From a virus, in the IMG/VR virus record IMGVR_UViG_3300044712_001034, positions 1-64,000 of that record: DNA of 64,000 bases. One strand, written 5' to 3'. The notes under the pieces were generated by a model, which was given only the letters and a program-made list of their open reading frames with translations, searched no databases and had not been told where the DNA came from. Numbering within the stretch: the stretch's first letter is position 1; each line of letters starts with the position of its first letter. This document shows, piece by piece, positions 56,583 through 64,000 of the stretch. The translations under genes were made by a program, and so were the position numbers.

Positions 56583-57768
56583 ATTTTCAAAGATATTTTG
56601 CATCAATTTAGATAGGCGTGTAGATCGTTGGGAACAAGCTCAAAAAGAATTTGAAAAAGCTGGAATACTAGATAAAGTCGAAAGATTTTCAGCATACAAC
56701 CTTCCTTATGCTACAGCTAGAGGGAACCACCTAAGTCACGCCGCTTGTATAAAAAAAGCCAAAGAAAATAATTGCGAAAATGTTTTGATATTTGAAGATG
56801 ATGTTGAGTGGCTAAATGATCCGCTAATTTTGAAAAGGGTGGATTTACCTACTGATTGGGATCTTTTTTACCTTGGAATAAATATGGATAGATATAGTGC
56901 AACGCAAGTTAATTACCATCTAGCCAAGATAAATGGTGGGTATTCTACACACGCTTATGCAATCAATAAAACATTATTTGATACTCTTATAGAACTAAAT
57001 GAGGATACGAAGACCGTTCATAATGATGTTAGAATGGCTTATGAAATAATTCCAAATTATAATTGCTATGTATCTGTACCATTACTGGCGGGACAAAGAG
57101 ATTCTTACTCGGATATTCAAGGAAGAAGAATGGATTCTAATCAAGTGTTTTTAGAGAGGTTCGATCAACACCTTACAAGAAAGAAATTTAAAGTTGCTGA
57201 GCCTACATTTTGTACATTTGTAACCCCGACAATAGGTCGTAAAACATTACCAAGAACTGTGCAATCTTTTATAAATCAAACAGATTGGAGTTGGAAAGCT
57301 ATTGTTATGTTTGATGGTAGAGATATAAACTATGAGTGTGATAATGACCACGTTCTAATAACTAAATGTGAGCAACAAAACTCTGCTGGACTAACAAGAA
57401 ATGAAGCTATGAAGTTAGTAACTACTGATTGGATAGCATTTTGTGATGATGATGATTGGCTAGCTGAAGATTATTTAGTAACACTAAGACAATATGTAGA
57501 AAATAATGATGTAGTTATCTTTACTTATCGTGATGTCAAGACAGGTAATACTCAACCTCCTGTTTATATAAATGACATAATTAGTTGTAATGTTGGAATT
57601 AGCTTTGCTGTAAGAACGGATTTTGTTATAAAGAATAATATACAATTTCCAAAGGGCGCAATTGAGGATTTTGCATTTCTCGATGCTTGTAGAAATGCAG
57701 GAGCAAGATATGTTCTCACTCACCAAATTAAATATTTAGTGGGTGGGATCGGAGGTAATCAATTATGA
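56566..57768 (+). CDS. GT25-GT2 fusion glycosyltransferase
   Basis: INLDRRVDRW, SH, IFEDD, THAY (GT25); then TPT.GR, FCDDDD, IED (GT2). Confidence 0.85.
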   Translation: MNPFDKFSKIFCINLDRRVDRWEQAQKEFEKAGILDKVERFSAYNLPYATARGNHLSHAACIKKAKENNCENVLIFEDDVEWLNDPLILKRVDLPTDWDLFYLGINMDRYSATQVNYHLAKINGGYSTHAYAINKTLFDTLIELNEDTKTVHNDVRMAYEIIPNYNCYVSVPLLAGQRDSYSDIQGRRMDSNQVFLERFDQHLTRKKFKVAEPTFCTFVTPTIGRKTLPRTVQSFINQTDWSWKAIVMFDGRDINYECDNDHVLITKCEQQNSAGLTRNEAMKLVTTDWIAFCDDDDWLAEDYLVTLRQYVENNDVVIFTYRDVKTGNTQPPVYINDIISCNVGISFAVRTDFVIKNNIQFPKGAIEDFAFLDACRNAGARYVLTHQIKYLVGGIGGNQL

Positions 57769-58415
57769 CAATAACACTCTGCATCCCCACGCTTTCTCGA
57801 TACGATCTTTTGAAGAGATGCTTAGAGTCTGCTGAAGCCGGTATTATAAAACCAGACAGATATTTAGTAATAGACAATGGTGGAAGTTTAGATTTAAAAT
57901 TACCAAAATTAGAAGTTGTAAAATTTGGTTATAACTTAGGTGTGGCTAAAAGCTGGAATTACTTTATTAATTATACGGAAGAAGTAAGAGTTATTTGTAA
58001 TGATGATATTTTCTTTCATCCAGAAACACTAAGAAATCTTTTAGCAGAGTATGAAGGAAATCAAATAACTTGTACTAGGGATTTAGAAGCTAGCTCCTTT
58101 TCTTTATTTACTATTGGAGATGAGTTAGTAAATACTGTTGGATTATTTGATGAATCCATTTCTCCTGGTTATGCTTACTTTGAAGATAATGACTATGCTT
58201 ATAGAATGGAGCTTCTAGGTTATCAAATCCACAGAGTACATAACTGCTCTTGTGGTCATTTTGGAAGCGCTACCCTAAAGAACTATTCTTCTAGAGAAAT
58301 GGAAGATCATCATAATAAATTTAGAATTGCACAAAATAATTATCAAAAAAAGTGGGGTGGATTACCTGGAAAGGAAGAATATAAAACACCTTACAACGGA
58401 GTAAATAATGAGTAA
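57765..58415 (+). CDS. GT2 glycosyltransferase
   Basis: IDNG, NLGVAKSWN, NDD, GLFDE, YFEDND. Confidence 0.88.
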   Translation: MTITLCIPTLSRYDLLKRCLESAEAGIIKPDRYLVIDNGGSLDLKLPKLEVVKFGYNLGVAKSWNYFINYTEEVRVICNDDIFFHPETLRNLLAEYEGNQITCTRDLEASSFSLFTIGDELVNTVGLFDESISPGYAYFEDNDYAYRMELLGYQIHRVHNCSCGHFGSATLKNYSSREMEDHHNKFRIAQNNYQKKWGGLPGKEEYKTPYNGVNNE

Positions 58416-58692
58416 ACAATTAAGTGGACAGACTACAGTAACTACTGCTGGAACTGCTGTAGTTTTAGGTACTGGCGTTATTAATGACGCACTAATCGTA
58501 AAAGCTTTTGCAACTAATAGTGGACTAATCTATGTTGGAAACGATGGAGTTAACGATGTAACTAGTACAAACGGATTCGTATTATCAGCAGGTAATGAAG
58601 TTAGATTTGAATTAGTTGGCAGACTCGAAGACATTTATGTTGATTCTTCAGTCAATGGACAAAAAGTAAGCTGGATAGTTCTTAACGTATAA
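58408..58692 (+). CDS. small Thr-rich beta-strand protein, possible virion protein
   Basis: TVTTAGTA, N.G.IYVG, NGF.L.AG pattern. Confidence 0.55.
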   Translation: MSKQLSGQTTVTTAGTAVVLGTGVINDALIVKAFATNSGLIYVGNDGVNDVTSTNGFVLSAGNEVRFELVGRLEDIYVDSSVNGQKVSWIVLNV

Positions 58693-58701
58693 AGGAGACT
58701 T

Positions 58702-59754
58702 ATGACTAAATATCTTGATACCTGGACCAGAGATGCTAAGGTTGGTAAGCTAAACCTAATTGATCGCTATAATCTATGGCGAATGAAAGAAGAGCCTACC
58801 CTAATTGGTACTCTTGATCCAACGACTTTAGCCAGACAAATTGATATTTCACATTGGCAAGGTGATGTTGATATTGCCAAGATGAAAGCAGAAGGAGACA
58901 TTTCAATGGTGTTTCCAAAAGCTTCGGATGGCAAACAAGTACAAGCTGGTGATCCAACTTATGCTAATAACTATGTTGATGATTGGCTTTATCGTAATGT
59001 GCAGAAATGCTACGATGCTAAAATAGCTTGTGGACCCTACCATTATGTACAACCATTTTTTCCAGATTACACTCTAGAAGGTATTGTAGCTTGGAACATG
59101 AAAACTCTTCACGCAGCTTTAGACCCACTAACTCCAAAGAAAAGCTATCATGCAATTGTTCTTGATGTTGAAGAAGCTACTGGTACAGAACCAAATCGAA
59201 GTGATGTTGTACTAAAGATGATGGAAGCTATTGCGGCTGATCCAAAGATGTCGCAAGTTCCTGTAATTGTTTATTCCTCAATGAGTATGTACAACTCTTA
59301 TTATCCAAAACTTAGGGACCAGTTGTCTTTCCCCGGAGCTAATAAAAACTTATGGATGGCTCAATGGGTTTACAATACTGTAACTAATACAACTTGGGCT
59401 AATGTTGTTTCTACTATTATGCCTTCTATTAGTATGAAAGTTCTTACTCCCGGTTTTGCAACTTGGAAGTTTCTACAATGGAGTTCTTCACTAATTCTTC
59501 CCGGTGGAAGTGGGAGAACTGATGTTAATTTCTACAATGGAACTAAAGCAGCCTTATATTCTTGGCTAGGATTTGATCCCGGTACTGTAGTTCCACCTCC
59601 CCCACCCCCACCAGCTACAGATCTAACAGCTAGAGTAGTAGCACTAGAAACTAAAGTAGCGGAACAGGAAACAAAACTCACCGCACTAACAACTAAGGTA
59701 GACGCAGGACATACACACTCTGTTACTATCCCAGTTGTAACTACATCTAAGTAA
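58702..59754 (+). CDS. GH25 muramidase (endolysin)
   Basis: DISHWQ, KAS.G, YHY, LDVEE, LWMAQW, QWSS, D.N; Pro linker and coiled-coil tail. Confidence 0.88.
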   Translation: MTKYLDTWTRDAKVGKLNLIDRYNLWRMKEEPTLIGTLDPTTLARQIDISHWQGDVDIAKMKAEGDISMVFPKASDGKQVQAGDPTYANNYVDDWLYRNVQKCYDAKIACGPYHYVQPFFPDYTLEGIVAWNMKTLHAALDPLTPKKSYHAIVLDVEEATGTEPNRSDVVLKMMEAIAADPKMSQVPVIVYSSMSMYNSYYPKLRDQLSFPGANKNLWMAQWVYNTVTNTTWANVVSTIMPSISMKVLTPGFATWKFLQWSSSLILPGGSGRTDVNFYNGTKAALYSWLGFDPGTVVPPPPPPPATDLTARVVALETKVAEQETKLTALTTKVDAGHTHSVTIPVVTTSK

Positions 59755-59760
59755 TAAATA

Positions 59761-59784
59761 TGGGAGGGATTAAAATCCCTCCCA
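59761..59784 (+). other. GC-rich hairpin between lysin and terL (no U tract)
   Basis: TGGGAGGGAT-TAAA-ATCCCTCCCA. Confidence 0.6.
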
Positions 59785-59794
59785 AAGGATACTC

Positions 59795-61351
59795 ATGGCA
59801 ATCATAGAAAAAATATATGGACCAGAGGATTTAGCATTATACGAAATACTAAGAAATCCCTGTCTTTGCACAGAGTTTATAGAAAACTTTGATAAACAAA
59901 AATACGAAGAAGAGTTCGAACTTACTTGGTATCAGAAAGAATTGATGGGAGATTTTAATTCTTATGTGTCAGTTGTAGCTGGTCGTAGTGCTGGTAAAAC
60001 TGTATCTTTAGTTTCTATAATTCGCTGGATTTTAGTATATAATGTTTTCCCCTCCGATTATATTATTTATTTAGTACCATCTAAAGTACATCTTGAACCT
60101 GTGTGGTCCGGATTAATAAGAACATTTAGATCTAATACTTTTCTAAAACATTTTATACAACCTAATGCAGGTATCAATAGTAGTGATTTTAAGATTACAT
60201 TATTGAACCAAGCAGTATTAATGTGCCGTATCGCAGGTCAAACTGGTACTGGTGTTTCTGTTATTGGTTTGCACACACCATTCTTTATTGTTGATGAAAG
60301 CGGTTATCAACCTTGGGGATCTTGGATAGAACTACAACCTACAGTAAATACATTTACTTCCGGGTTTAGACTTATGGTTTCTGGCGTTCCAGATGGTAGA
60401 CGAGAGAACTCAGTTTGTTATCATTGTGATAGAGAGAACTCTAACTATTCTAAACATAGAATTAGTTCTGATATGAACCCCAGGTTAGCAGAAGCAGATA
60501 AGCAGAGAGCTATAGAACAGTATGGGGGAGAAGATAGTGATGACTTTACCCACTTGTGGAAAGCTCAACATGGTAAGCCTGTATTTGCTTTGTTTGATAG
60601 AACTTCGTTTAGTATTGGATCGGACCCAGTTTATAAACTAATTCTAAATGGTTTACAACTAGAAGACAATCTAAATGAAATTGTTTCTAGAATTACAGTC
60701 TTCCCGCCAATCCCAAATAAGAGTGATAAAGTAATACTTGGAGTGGACTTAGGTTATACAGAACCAACAGCTATTATAATTCTATATTTAGAAAATTCTG
60801 GAAGGCTTAGATTTCACGGAAGAATTAGATTAGATAAAGTTTCTTATCCAGTTCAGAAAAGCTTCATAGATGCTTTGGATACCAAATACAATCCTATTAT
60901 TATTGGAGTTGATGCTGGTGGAGTAGGCAAACCAGTAGTTATGGACCTTTTGGAGCATCAAGACTTCATGCACAAAAACTATTCAAAAAGAGTAGTTCCA
61001 ATAGATTTCTCTACTTCACTTGTTATAGGTATAGATGGTAATGGCGAAGAAATTAAATCTAAGACAAAACCATTTGCTACTTCAGTTTTACAGGATTATG
61101 CTAATAATCATAAGCTAGTATTCTCCCATACAGACTTAGAATTAGTTACAGAACTAGAAAGAATGACTTATACTAAAACTCCTACGGGAGATATTGTGTA
61201 TAGAACTGTTACTAATAAGGGTGGAAAAAGAGGTGAAGACCACTTTACTTCTGCTTTACTTTGTGCTGTATTAGCTTATTATTTGAAAAATGATTTTATG
61301 ACTTATAAATCTCAAAAGAAAACGCTGGCTAGTCCAGGTTGGTTTGGATAA
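59795..61351 (+). CDS. terL: terminase large subunit
   Basis: AGRSAGKT, FIVDES, GVDLG, EDH. Confidence 0.88.
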   Translation: MAIIEKIYGPEDLALYEILRNPCLCTEFIENFDKQKYEEEFELTWYQKELMGDFNSYVSVVAGRSAGKTVSLVSIIRWILVYNVFPSDYIIYLVPSKVHLEPVWSGLIRTFRSNTFLKHFIQPNAGINSSDFKITLLNQAVLMCRIAGQTGTGVSVIGLHTPFFIVDESGYQPWGSWIELQPTVNTFTSGFRLMVSGVPDGRRENSVCYHCDRENSNYSKHRISSDMNPRLAEADKQRAIEQYGGEDSDDFTHLWKAQHGKPVFALFDRTSFSIGSDPVYKLILNGLQLEDNLNEIVSRITVFPPIPNKSDKVILGVDLGYTEPTAIIILYLENSGRLRFHGRIRLDKVSYPVQKSFIDALDTKYNPIIIGVDAGGVGKPVVMDLLEHQDFMHKNYSKRVVPIDFSTSLVIGIDGNGEEIKSKTKPFATSVLQDYANNHKLVFSHTDLELVTELERMTYTKTPTGDIVYRTVTNKGGKRGEDHFTSALLCAVLAYYLKNDFMTYKSQKKTLASPGWFG

Positions 61352-61356
61352 AAAAT

Positions 61357-62922
61357 ATGGAAATTACCGTACAAGACGCAACAAAAGAAGATCTAATAGC
61401 TTCGGAACAATTTAATAAACTAGCTTCCGCATCTATTAATACGTTAGGAGGTTCTACGAGTTCTAATCCCTGGACAGCTTCAGATGTTGATAAATTAGAA
61501 CTCAATACGGACGACTATCATAAGATAGTTAAAGCGTGCAGATTCTTCTACAAAAAAGACCCTCTGGTTTCCTCTACAATAAATAAACTTGTAGAGGTAG
61601 GTATTAATAGACTTATGTTTAGTAAGAATGGTCTTACTGAAAATGAATATAAAATCTTTTTAGGTCTTAGGGAAAAGTTAGAAGAGTTTGCGGAGAGCAT
61701 GGCTTTAGAGTATTTAATTTCTGGATTAGTAGTTCCAGAAATCCAATTCGGGAGATTAAATAAAGAACAAATTAAAAATCTAGGTATCTATGGGCTAAAG
61801 AAATATGATAGTCTAATGTTACCTGCTACTATGTATATCAGAGATCCAGCTACTATAGAAATAAAAGTAAATCCATTTTCTGATAGTCCTAGTTACTTTT
61901 TACTTGTTCCTCCTGAAGTTGTTGACTTCATTCTAAATGAGGGAAGATATGGTGATGGTACTTATGATAGAGTTGCTTATCAAAAGCTACTAGCATTATA
62001 TCCTGAGTTTGTTTTAGCGATAAAGCAAGGGGTCAGAAAATTCCTCATTGAGAAAGATACCGATCTTATTATAAGACGCAAAGTTCAAACAGATGGTCCT
62101 ACGCCAACTCCTTATCTATCCGCAGCTTTGGAATCTTTAAAGCATAAACGTAACTTACGTAGAATGGATTATGCTATTGCCTCTAGAGTAATTGGAGCTA
62201 TTCAATTATTCAAGCTAGGTGATAAAGATTTCCCAGTAACAGAAGATGATAAGGATGCTCAGTTTGGAGCGATCAAGGATCAGATGCTTTGGCGAGATTA
62301 TTCTGGAAAAGATATAGAAAGAATTTTCCAATTGTTTGCTAACCATACTTTACAAATCGAATGGGTTGTTCCAGATACACAAGCCATGCTAGATGAACAG
62401 AAGTATATTAGCGTAAACCAAGATATTATTTATGCTTTAGGATTTCCAAGAATTCTAATTACAGGCGAGTCCGAAAAGACAGGAACATCAGATCCACAGT
62501 ACGCTATGATGTCGCCAGCTAAAACAATGGAAAACTTTAGACGAAAGATTATTAAAGTTATTCAATCCATAGTTAGAAGAGTTGCTGAAGAAAATAGCAT
62601 AAAAAGTGTTCCAGAAGTAAAGTTTAAACCACTCACACTATTCGATCATGCTACACTTCTAAAGAGCTTAGCCGATCTTTATGGTGGTGCTAATATTTCT
62701 AGATCTACTTATGCTGAAGAATTAGGATACGATTGGAATGATGAAACTGAACAAAGAAAGATTGAAAAAGATAAGCTCGAATCTCTTGGGTTGGATGAGT
62801 TTGCTCCTAAACCCTTTAGTAATCAGCCCGGTCAGGGTCCAGCAGGAAGTGGTAAAACAACCACGGAAAAGAAGCCATCTGATGTAAATAACACCAGTAA
62901 CAATAAAAATGGGTCTAATTAG
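61357..62922 (+). CDS. portal protein
   Basis: About 520 aa directly after TerL; helical, GFPRIL..G motif. Confidence 0.75.
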   Translation: MEITVQDATKEDLIASEQFNKLASASINTLGGSTSSNPWTASDVDKLELNTDDYHKIVKACRFFYKKDPLVSSTINKLVEVGINRLMFSKNGLTENEYKIFLGLREKLEEFAESMALEYLISGLVVPEIQFGRLNKEQIKNLGIYGLKKYDSLMLPATMYIRDPATIEIKVNPFSDSPSYFLLVPPEVVDFILNEGRYGDGTYDRVAYQKLLALYPEFVLAIKQGVRKFLIEKDTDLIIRRKVQTDGPTPTPYLSAALESLKHKRNLRRMDYAIASRVIGAIQLFKLGDKDFPVTEDDKDAQFGAIKDQMLWRDYSGKDIERIFQLFANHTLQIEWVVPDTQAMLDEQKYISVNQDIIYALGFPRILITGESEKTGTSDPQYAMMSPAKTMENFRRKIIKVIQSIVRRVAEENSIKSVPEVKFKPLTLFDHATLLKSLADLYGGANISRSTYAEELGYDWNDETEQRKIEKDKLESLGLDEFAPKPFSNQPGQGPAGSGKTTTEKKPSDVNNTSNNKNGSN

Positions 62923-62997
62923 TGGTTATATCAATGTCAAAATATAAAAATATGTTATACTATAAGTATAGTATAATAAATATATTAATGAGGAATT

Positions 62998-63945
62998 ATG
63001 GAACAAAACTTTGAAATAAAGGAATTTCAATTTATTGATGGCGAGGAAGATGAAGCTTTTGCTTCTATAACTCTAAATCCTACATTTCGTTGGTGCAAAT
63101 TTATTTTAACAGACGACCAACCAAATGTAAATAAAGAAAGAATTCCACTAGAAGAATTTGATAACCTAATCAAAAGCGGAGTTAATGCTCCGATTAAAAT
63201 GGCTGCCAAAGAAATAAAACCCGGTCATGCTGAATCTTTTCCACTAGGAGTTATTACTGCTCTAACGAAAGAAAACAACTATATAAAAGGTTTAGCTGCA
63301 CTATGGTCTAGAGAGCGTCCCGAAGATGTTCAGATGATTAAAGAACTTTATGATAAAGGAACCCCACTTAATTTATCATGGGAAGTGCTTTACGCATCCA
63401 AAGATGAAGAACCAGATGGTGTAATTGCTTTACGTGATACTGCTCTGCGTGCAACTACATTCGTTGGTATGCCAGCGTATGCTGGTAGGACTCCTATTCT
63501 AGCCGTAGCTTCTGCCGAAAATGATATGGAGGAAAATAAGTTGGATGAACTTGAAACCCTAAAAGCAAAGGTAGCTGAGCTAGAACTTGCACTCTCCGCT
63601 AAAGATACTGAGATTGAACAGCTAAAATCAGAAAATCAGTCTCTTGCTTCTTTCAAAGAAGAGGTTGAATTAGCAAAAGAAAAGGAAAGCAAATTCGCAG
63701 CTATCAAAGCAAAATTCGTTGATTCTGGTTTAGTCAGAAGTGATGAATATTTTGATACTAATAAAGAAAGACTTCTAGCACTTGATGATGGATCACTAGA
63801 TTTTATGATCCAAGATCTAATTAGTTTTTCTGCTGAATTAGCAACTGCATCAGAAAAGAAATCTGATGCTCTACCTATTATAAACAAAACTAGTACTTCC
63901 GTTGATCCTAAAGAACTCGGAAGACGACTTCGCAATAGTAAATAA
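62998..63945 (+). CDS. prohead protease/scaffold fusion
   Basis: PN.N, H...G.I, LSWE, PAY in the N-terminal domain; acidic coiled-coil C-terminus. Confidence 0.7.
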   Translation: MEQNFEIKEFQFIDGEEDEAFASITLNPTFRWCKFILTDDQPNVNKERIPLEEFDNLIKSGVNAPIKMAAKEIKPGHAESFPLGVITALTKENNYIKGLAALWSRERPEDVQMIKELYDKGTPLNLSWEVLYASKDEEPDGVIALRDTALRATTFVGMPAYAGRTPILAVASAENDMEENKLDELETLKAKVAELELALSAKDTEIEQLKSENQSLASFKEEVELAKEKESKFAAIKAKFVDSGLVRSDEYFDTNKERLLALDDGSLDFMIQDLISFSAELATASEKKSDALPIINKTSTSVDPKELGRRLRNSK

Positions 63946-63962
63946 TTGAGGATAAAATAACA

Positions 63963-64000
63963 ATGGAAATTAATAAAGTTATTGGTGATATTTTAGGTGT
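63963..64000 (+). CDS. start of the next head gene (capsid or decoration protein), truncated by the window
   Basis: GAGG RBS then MEINKVIGDILG; assignment by synteny only. Confidence 0.45.
   Translation, partial: MEINKVIGDILG

Noticed and set aside
63-63935. Antisense or nested short ORFs (e.g. 63-260, 203-490, 10744-11049, 14281-14739, 43390-43650, 44143-44556, 63636-63935)
   Set aside because: They are shadows of longer genes with recognisable motifs and lack RBSs
1-64000. Stop-codon reassignment or suppressor tRNA
   Set aside because: Conserved genes are intact under code 11, all three stop codons end genes, and no CTA/TCA/TTA anticodon was found
1-64000. Prophage, retron, DGR or transposon
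   Set aside because: No integrase, repressor, reverse transcriptase, transposase or host flanking genes were recognised; the only mobile element supported is the nrdJ intein

Overview
The window is a 64-kb piece of a large, AT-rich tailed dsDNA phage genome (standard genetic code; no integrase or host chromosomal genes seen). It has three transcription blocks. (1) About 1.3-21.9 kb, + strand: a dense putative early/accessory region. Its first 8 kb is divided by ten related hairpin + T5-6ATTTAA elements. Next comes a phiEco32-type peptide-ligase cluster (GNAT-like, two COOH-NH2 ligases, class II GATase, ATP-grasp, class I GATase/peptidase C26) that also contains a RuvB-like ATPase and is followed by three paralogous unknown proteins. 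(2) About 22.0-47.1 kb, - strand: nucleotide metabolism and replication (intein-containing class II RNR, dUTPase, ThyX-like, primase, DnaB, RecA, PolA, SSB, nucleases). This block also holds 14 tRNAs, three unexplained structured or tRNA-like RNAs, and many Cys/His zinc-ribbon microproteins, most below the ORF-track cutoff. (3) About 47.4-64 kb, + strand: C5-MTase, an 11-gene glycan synthesis/modification cassette (Glf, HddA, GmhA, glycosyltransferases, methyltransferases), GH25 lysin, terminase, portal and prohead protease/scaffold. Blocks 2 and 3 use near-consensus sigma70 promoters, mostly with 16-bp spacers. None was noticed in block 1, which has its own repeated motifs instead. A VYLPVI motif hints at a Chloroflexota host (inference). 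The best candidates for undescribed biology are the hairpin-ATTTAA cassette array, the zinc-ribbon microprotein arrays, the extended amidoligase/RuvB locus and the glycan cassette. All protein assignments come from motif recognition by eye, not from database searches.
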